Assembly: GCA_002104945.1 (NCBI GenBank) | Contig: MCFH01000030.1 | Span: forward strand, 248,001 to 312,000 | Direction of reading: 5' to 3' | DNA length: 64,000 nt | From: Piromyces finnis finn | Lineage: Eukaryota > Fungi > Neocallimastigomycota | Shown here: positions 1 through 12,563 of the stretch, in pieces | Position numbering within the stretch: position 1 is the first letter of the stretch | How the letters are laid out: each line of letters begins with the position of its first letter | Program-made: the position numbers and the translations under genes | The notes under the pieces: model-generated | Told to the model about the DNA's origin: nothing | Database searches by the model: none | What the model saw: the letters and a program-made list of their open reading frames with translations, nothing else

Positions 1-3000
1 TTTGTACCACAAATTAAAAGTGAAAATCCCGTTAATGATTTATCTGGGATTAAAAAATCTTCATATAATTTAGCACATGTGATATTTTCTTTTTCTAATT
101 AAAAGAAAATGGTAAATTATCATTTATATTGAAAAATTAACATTAAAAAAAAAATGAATTTTATAAAAAGCTTACTACATTCTTTCCAGATATCAATTAC
201 TGAACATGGGTTTGTTAAGGTTGAATATATCCATATTTCACCATCATATTTCAATATATATAAATAGTCTATATAAATATAAAATTATTAAAATCTTTTT
301 CTAATTTATAAAATGTATATAATAATTATAATAAATATTTACTTAAAGCTGGACTATACAAAACATCTTTTATCACTTCATTATCGATATATGGAATAGC
401 TGTGGTGATAATTTCACCTGTAATTGGGGATATTAATCGAATACCACCATCAAGGGTACGACAGACAACTCTATTTGGGCAATTAAAATTTTTACTAAAT
501 TCTAATGATAATGGTGGTGATCTTTAAATGTAAATTTATTTATGTATTTGAAAAGTTTGTTAATAATTTAATTATATGAAATAAATAAGATGATATAATG
601 TATGTCAGTTCGTAAAAAAAAAGTTATCTACTTTAATGATGTAAAGCAATCTGTAATGTTATTGAAATTCCAGAGGATAACTTCTCTTTCAGAATAAGTT
701 AAGAATTGATTTTCATCAATAATTTTAAGTCCATAAGAAGGTTCTTTTAAATATAATTTATATATTTCTTGAAAATTAACTAAATTAAATAAACGAATTG
801 ATCCATCAAAAGAAGCTGATAAAAATGCTGGTTTTCCTGGAACAATTTCCAATCCAGTAATGGCATTAGTATGATTATTAAACATATGAAGTAAATCATC
901 TGAACTGTTTCTTATTTGAACTATTTTTTTTTAAAAAAATATCATAAGAAAGGAAGAATCATCATAATAATTATACTATAGTTATTAATTACTTGATCCG
1001 TCAGCAATACCAATTATATCATATACAAAAGGATTATAAGAGGTAATACATGTTATAAATTTATTTGATTTATTTTTGAATCGTTTAATTTCTTTTCCTG
1101 TTTCAATATCCACTACCTTTTTATATTTAATTTGCAATAAAAGTTTTTTTTAGGATATATAGATTTATTATTATATATGTAAAAATATTTAATTTAGATA
1201 TTGGTATTGATTAAATATATATATATATGTATTTGTGTATGTAGTTTTTTGTAATTCAATTAATTTTGTTAAAATATTAAATTATTATAGAAAAAAAAAA
1301 GTTCATATTACAATAGCCATTTTTTTTAATATTAAATAAATTTTTGATGTAGGTTCATTTAAATAAACATTTTTAATCCATTCTTCATCTGGTAATTCTG
1401 TATTATATTCTAAACGTAATTTCTGAACTACAATTGTCTGTGAACTTTTTCTGGATTATATATCAAAAATAAAAACATTTTAATTAATTTGTATAAAAAA
1501 TAATTGTACATTTTTTTAAAAAAATATTCTTATATATATCAAAATACCCATTTGTTTCAATATCTAGTGAATAAAACTATTTATAATTATTAATATAAAA
1601 TTAATTTATATGATATTTATATATATATGGACTAAATTATATAATTGAAAATGATTATTTCATTACATTAACTTTATGAGCACCGATAGCAATTAATTCG
1701 TTCCTTGAATTATTATATTTTAAACTTTATCATGAAATATAACAAATATAATATTTTAATAAATATATATATTTATATTTATATTTTTTTTAATATTTTA
1801 GTCTATTAAAAGGTTGTCTATTTGATGTTATACTAACATATATACATTAAATTCTGTATGGAAAAAGGTATTTAGCTCAAATTTCGAATTAAATATCTAT
1901 ATATAAAATATTAATAGATAATAATTATATCAACATTTTTTTTTCTTTCATTCCAATGAATATATTTAATTATGATAAATCAATGTAGCAAAAATAAATA
2001 TATATTATATTTATTATTTACTTCAATCACTGTACTATTGGAACAAACAGCATAATGACCAACTTTTTCTAATAATACATAATTTGATAATTTTTCTTTT
2101 AGTTTTGCAGTTAAAACATGATTAACATTTGATGAACCATCAATATCCATAACATTAACAATATTTGAGTTATTTAAAATAGCCATTGTATAAAGATGAC
2201 GTTTTCTTTGTGTATTTATTAAATTTAATGAACTTTTAATTTCACTTGCGCGTATTTTACCTTCAGTAAAATGTGATGGTAATCGAACATGTTGATCTAC
2301 ATGTAAAATATGGTATTTTGAATAGAATACATATTTAGATATAAATCCATACTTTAATATGTATTGCTCTTGAAAGTTGCTGGCTATCTTTATAATAAAA
2401 CGAATTTGGTCTATATTATTTAGTTGATCTACTTCTAATTCTAATATATTATTATTATCTGATGCATTATTAGCTTCACTTAATTTTAATATAATTCTTT
2501 TATTTCCATTATTAGTATTTTCCTCAACTCCTTCTATTTTATTGATATCATCATTTTCACTTTCATCTTTATTTATTAGCTGTTCATTATTATCTTTTAA
2601 TGATATTTTATTATTTTTGAAATTTTCATCTACTTTAATATCACTAATAGATTTCAAAGATAGATCTTCAGTAATTTCAGAGTTATTGTTAGTTAAACTA
2701 CTTTCCATATTATTATTATTATTAATGTTGTTGTTATTGCTGTTATCATTGTTATCAACATCTTTATTAGTATTCATATTTTTTGATATTTGCTCATAAT
2801 TAATTAATTCTGGTTCATTATTAAAACTGACATTCTGCTTTTTTCTCTTTTCATTATTATTTTCATTTTTTAATTGTTGATTATACTCTGTAATAGCTTC
2901 AGTATCATTTTTATTATTAATATTCACATATAATTTTTCATCACCATTTTTTTCAGTAGAATTTTCATCTATTGATACAATTCTTGTCATATCATTTATA

Positions 3001-3062
3001 GATAATTTATTATTATTAATTCCATCATCGATAGTGTTATAATTATTTAAATTATTACTCAT
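1..3062 (-). CDS. Multi-exon WD40-repeat protein, WDR87/WDR97-like, with Asn-rich N-terminus; 3' end lies beyond window start
   Basis: Exon 1 is ORF 3062->~2022 with a GTAAAT donor. Later exons near 1850-1900, 1670-1710, 1310-1450, 990-1125, 630-920, 345-520, 170-265 and 1-90 translate to WD-type segments (HTNAITGLEIVPGKPAFLSASFDGSIRLFNL; NRVVCRTLDGGIRLISPITGEII; IWIYSTLTNPCSVIDIW). WD40 call is firm; the subfamily is from memory of the animal proteins and is less certain. Confidence 0.75.
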
Positions 3063-3934
3063 ACTTTTTTTTTTAACTTGTTTTAATAAATTCCATTTAA
3101 AATAACATAAAAAAAAGTATAAGAATTTTTTAATGTTTTTAGTATCTTAGTATTATTAAATACAAAAAAAAAAAGAATTTGTATTTTCTTTTTTTTTTTT
3201 CTATCTAAATTATAATAGTTATTTTTTGAAAAGTGATTTGTTATATCATATACAAGTTTAATTATTATTATTTTGAAAGTTTAATAATTAATATATATAT
3301 ATATTTTTACCGAGAAATAAACATTAAATAAAATAAAATAAAAGAAATCAAAAATTAAAATTTAATAATTTTTATATTAACAAAAGAACTATAATTTTGC
3401 TATTCATTTAACTATAATTAAAATTTTAATCTATTTATTAATTTCCGAGTCAAATAATTTTAGATAACTGCTTCTTTTTTTTTTTTTTTTTTTTAATATG
3501 AAAAGGTAGGTTAAACAGTGGTATTGTTGTAATTATATAAACAAATGAAATAACACAATTATTAATTAATAGAAATCTTAAAATTATTTATATGTATGAT
3601 AAGATATTTTATTATAATATATATATTTTTAAAATTTTTGATATTTTGATTTTTATAATTTAAATTCTAGGGTTGTTATAATCTTTATTAATTTCTATTT
3701 CTTAAAAGATAAAAAAATTAATAAATAAAAACATTAATAACAAAAAAAAAAAAAAAAAAAAAGAAATCTTTTTTTTATTATTTGTATTCTTCTTCTTTTT
3801 TTTTTTTTTTTAAACTTATTTTTAAAAAAAAATCTATTTATTAATAATTTGAACATTACTAATTAAAGTGCTATTCTTCTTTTCTTTTTCTTAAAGTAAA
3901 TATTAATATTAATTTTATTTGTTTATGTGCTTTT

Positions 3935-5679
3935 TTATTCCTTATCATTATTATCGCCGCCATGACATAATACTTTTATCAATACTATAAATATAAAAAG
4001 AAGTAAGATAATTCCTAGAGCATATAAGCATATAACCATACTTTTTTGGGTCCTTTTTTGATATTTTGTAGCTTTTGTTAATTGAACAGTAGCTTTTTCC
4101 ATATTAGTATCTACTTGTTCAATATTATAATCAATTCTGTCTAAAATAGTACCTTGATCAATAACCATTGTCTGCAGTTCTCTAAAAATACCTAATAATT
4201 CATTAATTGATTTTGAAATCTCATTTATTTCTTTTTCTCTTTGTGATACTATTTGATCTGTGGATCCTTCTTCCATTAATTGTAATTGATTACTTGATAC
4301 ATACTATTATTATTATTATTATTATTATTATTGATTTATATAATATTTCAAAAAAAAAAAAAAAAATAAAATAAAATAAAATAAAAAATTTATATTAGAA
4401 CTTATTCATTATTAAATATATTATTTAAATCATATATTTACCAATAATCCATCATCATCGTCATCATCATCAAAACCTGGTATCATTTTTTTTGAACTAA
4501 ATGGATCAGTTTGCATTAAACTATTATTTATTTTGGTTTCTTGGTTTCTTAATTCTATTATGTTTTTTTTATTTTGTATTATAATATATTTGAAAATATA
4601 AAATATTAATTATTTTATAATATAATAAGAATAAGATGTCGATATTAGATATTGTTAATAATTAATTATATTTATTATTATATTATAGTAAAAAATTGTA
4701 ATTACTTGATAAATATGAAGATTGTGTTTTCCTGAATATTTGTGATATATCTTGTATTTTAGTAGCTAAAGATACTTGTATATTTTTCTTTAATTTATTA
4801 GATTGAGTATTATCTGTTGTAACACCCATATTTTGGATTCTTCTTTGACACATTACAATATTCTAACATATTTTACAAAAAAAGTTTTAAATAAGAATTT
4901 ATATTTATTCAAGCTTTTTTTTTTCTGTTAAAAAAAATATCCTACAATAAACATACCTGGGTTATTTCATCAGTTTTTTCATTAATTAATCTTTCTTCTT
5001 CATCTTTATTTTCAAAATTTGGTATTAGATGTTTTTTGTGCATATCACTTAAAATATTTACTATTTAAATTATGATTATTAAAATATAAAATTAATATGA
5101 CTTTTTATAAATAAAATTTATCACTCTTTATTTTTAAGATATATTTAAAACAATATTTACTTTCTTTTGTTATGTTATCAACATTTTCATTTATCTATAA
5201 AAAAATGTAAATAATAATAATATTTAATTATGATTAATATATATACAATTTAAAATGAAAATATATTAATATATAATTAATTATATTATAACAAGTATTT
5301 ATTTATATTATACCTCATCAACTAAATCCATCCTTTTGTAATAAATTATCGATAATAATGAATAAGAAAAGAAAAAGAAAATTACTAAATAATTTAATGA
5401 ATTTATTTATTAAATTATTTATTATTTTTATATTAAATACCATAACGGTGGTAATGAACTTAATTCAGCCATTGGAATTATTTCTGGTTTATTACCGGAT
5501 TCTTTTATTATAAAATTATTATCTCTCTTAATTAAACCAACCATTTCTGAATCTATTCCTCCACTTGAATCATAACCTTCATTATTTACCGTAAGAGATA
5601 TAGCACCTGAATTTATTGTATTTTTTGAATATGTATTTCTATATTGGATAAATAATGCTTTTCTTGACCTTGTTGCCAT
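3935..5679 (-). CDS. TLG2: Syntaxin-16/Tlg2 Qa-SNARE (about 6 exons)
   Basis: N-peptide MATRSRKALFIQYRNTY, LPPLW motif, Habc exons (~5160-5210, 4960-5060, 4700-4860, 4440-4555), SNARE motif REKEINEISKSINELLGIFRELQTMVIDQGTILDRIDYNIEQ and C-terminal TM helix. Confidence 0.93.
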
Positions 5680-8366
5680 TTTGTATTATATTGTTAAAAT
5701 GATTATTTATGTTTTTTTTTTGTTTGTTTGTTTTATTTAATTTATTTTAAATTTATATACTGTTTTGTTTTATAATATTGCTTTGTTGATATGGATATAA
5801 TGCAATATATTACAGAAATTTGATTATATATGTAAAAGGAAATGAATGTCTTCGGTATATTTGATTGTTATAAAATAAAATGTTATAATTTTATTTTTTA
5901 ATTTATTGGAAAAAAAAAAAAAAAAAAAAAAGTTTATACAAATTTACTTTTCGTATTATAAAATTATATATAAAATTTAATATTGAATTTATTTTATTGT
6001 TGACATTCACACTCAATATTTTTATTTTTTATTGTTATTATATAAACAATATCTAAAAAAATGTTAATTAATAACAACAAAAATTATACTTTTCTTCTAT
6101 TTTTAAATTTTCTTTTATTATTTAATTGTTATAACTTTATCTTATTTTCATTTATTTATTTATTTATTTATTTATTTAAATATTGATATATAGAAATTAT
6201 ACATATACTAATAAAAAAAGAAAAAGAAAGAAAAAAAAAAACTTTAGATATTTATATATCCCTCTATAAAAATTTAAATCTTTCAAATGAAAAACTTTTT
6301 ATTTTGATAATATGACCATTGAAATTTTTAAAAGTTCAAATAATTATGATTTAATATATATAATATTACACCTTTATTTAAACTTTAATAAATAAAATAA
6401 AAAAATAAAAATATTTATATTTCTTTATTTTATTTACCTTTCTTTCTTTTCTTTTCTTTTCTTTTTTTTTCTTTTATTATTTTTTAATTATAAAATTAAT
6501 CTTTAAAAATATATAATATCTTTATTAAAGAAAAGTATTTATACTTTTATTAATGATTTTATTTATATATTTTTTTTGTAACAGATTAAATTAATTAATA
6601 ATAATAAACAGGATAATCTAAATTAATTTTTCTTTCATATACTGCTTCTGATTTATTCTGCTAATACACAAAATTACTAAAGATTATTTACTTTATAAAA
6701 TATATTATTAACAAATCTTTTTAGTTTTTTTATTTTTATTTTATTTTACTTTTATTATTTTTTTAACAAAATAAAAATTTATATAATTTAAATATTTTTT
6801 TATAAAAATAAAATTTTCAAAAATTTATAATATACATATGTTATTATACCCATTTTTTTTTATTCATTTTTTTAAAAAAGTACTTTTTTAATAGCTATAA
6901 AAACATAAAATATATTACATTAATGAAGTTTCAAAATATATAATATATCATTTTAAAAATAAAATAAAACGTTTATTTTTTTTATGAATATTATATTTTA
7001 TATTCTATATTTATATTGTAAAAAAAAAAAAATAGAATATAATTTTATGAAAAATAATGATTATCATTGTAGTTAATAGTTTCAATAGTAATAGTAGTAG
7101 AATTAAAATTATTGGTTTTTTAAAACAAAAAATAACTTGTCTTAATAATCATTTTTCTTTAAAAAAATAAGAGCAATAATTTTAATTACAATCATCACAT
7201 AATCATTCAACTTTTTTTAAGTAGAACTAATCTATTTTTATTTAACTTATAAAAATGTTTTATTTAAGTAATCTTTCCAAATATAAATAATTATTTTTAT
7301 TTTATTTATTATTATTTACCCAAATATTTATTATTTATTATATATGAATTATATATAAATAGTTTAATTGTTATGTTTATTTTGAATTTATATTTAATTA
7401 TAATGCTTTTTAACTTTATGATTTACTGTTAAGATATTCTTTCTTTTCAAAAAGTATGATATGTATATTATATTTTTTCTAACCCTAATTTTAGAAAAAA
7501 CAACATATTATTAAGCCTAAAAAGGATTTCGTTATAATAATTAAATTATTAAAACTTTTTATATGAAAACTGTATTCAAATAAATGAAAAAATGCCTTTT
7601 TTTCTATTTCAAATAATGCATTCATATTTAGCTTCGATTGGTGAATACTTTATTTACTTTATATAAGTATTTTAATAAACTTTTTTTTTTTTTTTTTTTG
7701 GCTTATAAAAAATAAATATATTTAAGTTTTAATTAAATAGTGCGGATATACCATAGCGGATTATAACGGAGTATTTTAACTATTATTACGCTAAATTTGT
7801 TTTATATACAATACTATAAATATACAATATTTTCTTTTAAAAAAGTATTAATTACTTAATAAACTCTTATTAAATTTTTTTTTTTACTAAAAATATATAA
7901 TACATAAAACTTTTTTTTATAAAGAAGAATCACCATAAACATTTATACTATAAATTTATGAAATTATAAAATATATTATAATATTAATATTTTATGTATT
8001 AAAATATAATTCATTTTAATATTAATTAAAAAAAAAACTATATAAAATATACAAATATTAAAACATAAAATAAAATATAATTAATTTGATTCTTAACATT
8101 TATATTTATAATAATTGAATATAAATGAAATAATCAATAGAAACAATCATAACACTAACTCATTTTTAACTCTCACTAATAATCTTTATATTCAACAATT
8201 TAAAATAAAGCAAGAATTTATATTCACTTAGACCCTGCATTTATTTAAACTTCAAAAAAGAAAAATAACTTTTTAATATAATAAAAAACGGTTTAGGAGA
8301 AAAATATAATACTTATACATAATAATAAATGTTTTATATATAATCTTTATTTTTAAAAAGTGTATA

Positions 8367-8454
8367 AAAACAATGTATAAAAAAAAATTTAATTAGTAAA
8401 TTTTTTTTTATACATTGTTTTAGAGATAAAAAATTAATAATTATATCTCTAAAA
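8367..8454. repeat. Perfect 25-bp inverted repeat (8367-8391/8397-8421, 5-nt loop) overlapping an 11-bp inverted repeat (8418-8428/8444-8454)
   Basis: AAAACAATGTATAAAAAAAAATTTA-attag-TAAATTTTTTTTTATACATTGTTTT, then TTTTAGAGATA...TATCTCTAAAA, read directly from the sequence. Confidence 0.85.
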
Positions 8455-8572
8455 TACTTTTTTTTAATAAGCTTATATAACTTTACTTTATATAGCTATT
8501 AGTTGAATTATTACTCTTTGATTTTATTACATGAATTATTCATTTTAATTATGTATATATATATATATATTA

Positions 8573-8606
<34 letters not shown>

Positions 8607-10556
8607 TTGTATCTTTTATATTTTAATAAAATATTTATATTTCTTGAAATGAAAATAATAACAATAATAAATTCTATCCTAAAATATCATTATAATTGTA
8701 GTTCATTATCTTTTTTTTTTTTGAGATAGTATTATCTTCTGATAAAATATTACATTAATTAAATCAGAAATACCTAAACATTATAATTAATAAGTAGAAA
8801 TATTAAAATAAATGAACATTTTTTTAACATTTAATCATTTCTAATTCAATAAATATAACATTATTATATTATTATAACTTCCTAAGTTTTGAAAAAGTCT
8901 AATTCAATTAAATGTTTATTATAAATTAAAATTTAAAAAAGAGAAATTCTTTGTTATAAATTTTAAATTAATGTAATTTTAATTAATAATAAAATTTAAT
9001 ATTTAACTCTTTAATTTTTAAAACATTTTTAAAAAAAAAAATTTATATTTAAAAAAAAATGTTATTTTTAAGAAATAGGAAACATTAATTATTATAAAAT
9101 TAAAATAAAAATAAAATAAAAACTTTTTTTTATGTATAAGAGAAAAGAAAGAAGAAAAAAATACTTTTATATAAACTCCTCTCTGATTAAGGCTTTTGGT
9201 TCAACCCCACATAAGTTAATTCTACTATAGAAAAGATTTATGGGTACTTACCATATTGTAATAATAAGTAATAATAAGATATTAACATTTTTCTGTGAAT
9301 TACCATTAGAATTGTTCTAATAAATAGAAAGGGTATACTCGGACATTATAATAAGTAAATCCTGATTAATTAATTTTTTCTAATTATAATAACTGGTTTT
9401 AAAAATTCTTTTAATTATTTTTTTTTTTTTGTTTTATTTCTGTTTATACCATTTCTTTTAATCTTTTGTTAAAATAACATATATGATTTAATTATTTTCT
9501 ATTTTTTCTTTTTATTTAATATTTATAATTTGGTAAGTAAAAAAAAAATCCATTTTTATTTAATGGGATTATAGTATATTATTTCTATATTTAGAATTAA
9601 TTTCTATTTTACTAACTAAAAAAAAAAAATGTTTAAAATAAATAGTCTTTTTATGATATAAAAATCTATTTTTATATTTTGATGTTTGATCTATAAATTC
9701 AATGTGGAATACATTACATTCATTAAATGTAAACAACATTTTTATGATCACATGACATAAATCTCATTTTATAACTTTAAAATTCATGGGGTAAACTTTC
9801 TTCTTTTCATTTGAAAAGGCTAATAAATTACTTTTCATTTAAATTTTTTTGCCAAAGTAATTTAATTCAAAGTAGATTATTTTATTATCCTAACATAAGT
9901 TGTTGAAAAATTAATTAAAAAGTAAATTATAAAATTTTTATATTCATAATTTTTTTAAATAATTCTAAACAAATAATAATTGTGTGTATGTGTGTGTGGG
10001 GGGGAATATAAATATAAATATTAGTTAATAAATAAATAAATGAAAATTGAATAATAAACATAAATGGAATTCATAAGAAATTGACATTTGAAATAACAAT
10101 AATGAAAACAGCAATATTAATGATAATAAGTTAAAGATAATTAATAAAGAATATGAATATTAGACTCAGTGGTAAAGAATTAATTCTTTTTTAATTAATA
10201 ATAAAATTAAAATAAAGTAATAATTAACAATTATAACAATTGCAAATGATAAAATAAATAAGAGTTAATAAAGGATAAGTATAAAAAAAATTTTTTTTAT
10301 TTAAATTAAAATAGATTTATAAAAATAAAATATGAAGTTAAATAGTTAATGATAAACAATGCAATGACAATACAATGATTATCAGTATTATTTTATTATA
10401 TAATAATTGCTAAATTAAAAATTATTATAAACATTAATTGAGCTATTATTATTAACTATATTTTTATATATTTTTTTATAATTAATACAATTAATATTGA
10501 AAATAAATGTAAATAAAACCTCTATTATATTAAATCAATAAAAATAAGAAATAAAA

Positions 10557-12563
10557 ATGTCAAAGAAAATACTGGAACCAATTAAGGTTGGAAACATGAC
10601 CTTAAAAAATCGTATCATGTTTCCACCATTAACTACAGGTTATGAAGAAAGAGATGGATCGATTGGTGAACGTAGTTTAGGTTTTTATGAAAGATTAGCA
10701 AAAGGTGGTACATCTTATATTGTTGTTGGTGATGTTGCTCCGGTTAAAACAGCTTCTCCAACACCAAAATTATTTGATGATAGTCAAATTCCAATGTTTA
10801 AAAATTTAGCAGATATATTACATAAATATGATGCAAAGGTTGCTCTTCAAATTTTCTATCCAGAATATGATGTTTTCGGTGTTGGTAAATTAATGGTTCA
10901 AGCTGGTATGACTAGACAAGCTGCTGCTAAAGCAAAAGCAGAGGGTAATGAAGAAGAAGCTTTAAAACAAACACAAATTGCTGAAAAGGTTACTAAAGAA
11001 GCCTATGCAAAATTACATTATGATATGCAACATTTTGTTTCAGAAGCTTCTATTGAGCAACTTCAGCAAATTAAGAAATCTATTGCTAGTTGTGCTACAA
11101 GAGCTCAAACTGCAGGTGTAGATGCAATTGAAATTCATGGAGATAGATTAATAGGATCCTTATGTTCTTCCTTATTAAATCATAGAACTGATAATTATGG
11201 TGGTGAATTTGAAAATCGTATTAGATTTGCTATTGAAGTTGTTGAAGCTATTAAAGAAGCTGCCCCATTACTAACCATTGAATATAAATTACCAATTATC
11301 ACTGTCAATCCAAATGGATCATTAAGAGGTAAAGGTGGATTAGAAGAAGATGAAGGTATTCAATTTGCAAAAATTTTAGAAGCTCATGGTGTTCATATGA
11401 TTCAAGTTGCTCAAGCCAATCATACCGGTAATATGGGTGATACTATTCCACCAATGGGTGATCTTCCATATAATTGGACCTTACCTGTAGCTAAAAGAGT
11501 AAAGGAAGTTGTCTCAATCCCAGTTATTACTGTTGGTCGTATTATTTCAGTAGAAATGGGTGAACGAATTTTACAAAATGATGAAGCTGATATCATTGGA
11601 TTTGGTCGTTCTTCCTTAGCAGACCCTGATATTCCAGTTAAAACCGAAAGAGGGCAATGTATTAGACAATGTTTAAATTGTAATAAAGGTTGTGTGGATG
11701 CTCTTCAAGGTAGAAGATATGTTTCTTGTGTATTAAATGCTGAAAATGGTAATGAAACAACTACCTTTATTACTCCAGCAGAAACAAAGAAAAATGTCGT
11801 TGTTATTGGTGCTGGTATTGCCGGTTTAGAAGCAGCAAGAGTAGCAGCTGTTAAGGGTCATAAAGTTACTTTATTTGAAAAGGAAGATAAAATTGGTGGA
11901 CAAATCAATATTGCTGCCGTTCCACCAAGAAAATGCGAAATTCTACGTTCTATTGAATATTATGAAAAGGTAATGCCAGAATTAAATATTACACTTAAGC
12001 TTAATTCAATAGCTAGCATAGAAGAAATAAATACCTATGATGTATGTATTGTTGCCATTGGTGCTCATAATATGCCACTTCCAATGAAGTCTGAAAATTC
12101 CAATGTAGTTTCTTCTTGGGAAGTATTAAAGGGAAAGGAAGTTTCCGGAGATTGTGTTGTTTTAGGTGGTGGTTTAGTTGGAACAGAAACAGCTGAATAC
12201 CTTGCAACTCATGGTCATAATGTTACTATTATAGAAATGATGGATAAAATAGCTTCTGGTGAATCCGCTACTGTCCTTCCATTAATAATGAAGAGCTTTG
12301 CTAAATACAACGTTAAACAATACGTCAATACTAAAGTAAATGAAATTAAAGATAACACTATCTATGCTACAAACACAACGGATAATACTGATATTGAAAT
12401 TAAAGCAGATACAATCATCAATGCTTTAGGATCAAAAAAGAATTCATTCGATGAAACTGGAATAACTGTTCCATTATTCTATGTTGGTGATTGTTCAGGT
12501 GAAAGAACTTCAGATATAGCTTCTGCTATTCGTTCTGCCTATAAAACTGCTAACAGCATTTAA
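10557..12563 (+). CDS. bilR: Old Yellow Enzyme-family NADH:flavin oxidoreductase, long form (FMN barrel + 4Fe-4S + FAD/NAD(P) domains); probable bilirubin reductase BilR of bacterial origin
   Basis: Intronless 668 aa. N-terminal KNRIMFPPLTTGYEERDG; HGDR at aa 194-197 (nt 11136-11147) within IEIHGDRLIGSLCS; Fe-S motif CLNCNKGC-x11-C; GAGIAG and GGGLVG nucleotide-binding motifs; PEYD, AKLHYDM and QANHTGN segments resemble Firmicute BilR as I recall it. Confidence 0.85.
   Translation: MSKKILEPIKVGNMTLKNRIMFPPLTTGYEERDGSIGERSLGFYERLAKGGTSYIVVGDVAPVKTASPTPKLFDDSQIPMFKNLADILHKYDAKVALQIFYPEYDVFGVGKLMVQAGMTRQAAAKAKAEGNEEEALKQTQIAEKVTKEAYAKLHYDMQHFVSEASIEQLQQIKKSIASCATRAQTAGVDAIEIHGDRLIGSLCSSLLNHRTDNYGGEFENRIRFAIEVVEAIKEAAPLLTIEYKLPIITVNPNGSLRGKGGLEEDEGIQFAKILEAHGVHMIQVAQANHTGNMGDTIPPMGDLPYNWTLPVAKRVKEVVSIPVITVGRIISVEMGERILQNDEADIIGFGRSSLADPDIPVKTERGQCIRQCLNCNKGCVDALQGRRYVSCVLNAENGNETTTFITPAETKKNVVVIGAGIAGLEAARVAAVKGHKVTLFEKEDKIGGQINIAAVPPRKCEILRSIEYYEKVMPELNITLKLNSIASIEEINTYDVCIVAIGAHNMPLPMKSENSNVVSSWEVLKGKEVSGDCVVLGGGLVGTETAEYLATHGHNVTIIEMMDKIASGESATVLPLIMKSFAKYNVKQYVNTKVNEIKDNTIYATNTTDNTDIEIKADTIINALGSKKNSFDETGITVPLFYVGDCSGERTSDIASAIRSAYKTANSI

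Noticed and set aside
2542-2799. Antisense or alternate-frame short ORFs overlapping real genes (also 12013-12207, 16452-16637, 16478-16681, 22273-22491, 24106-24297, 32135-32341, 43246-43464, 59181-59387, 61776-61985)
   Set aside because: They overlap well-supported CDS in another frame or strand and have no motifs of their own.
7479-7490. Single AACCCTAA (and GGGTTAG near 58122) as telomeric repeats
   Set aside because: Isolated single units; no array.
7741-7792. GCGGA/CGG cluster as Zn2Cys6 binding sites
   Set aside because: Short motifs, ~2 kb or more from either gene start; cannot be distinguished from chance without conservation data.
9180-9220. GGTTCAACCCCAC, resembling a tRNA B box/T arm
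   Set aside because: No upstream A box or cloverleaf; the A-box-like sequence is ~950 bp away in the wrong order.
10163-10182. TAGACTCAGTGGTAAAG, resembling a tRNA A box/D arm
   Set aside because: No anticodon arm, B box or acceptor stem follows; the downstream sequence is pure A/T.
10557-12563. BilR-like ORF as bacterial contamination
   Set aside because: Continuous with host-type AT-rich flanks, AT-ameliorated codons, no RBS or operon neighbours. Considered unlikely, but only read-level evidence can fully exclude a misassembly.
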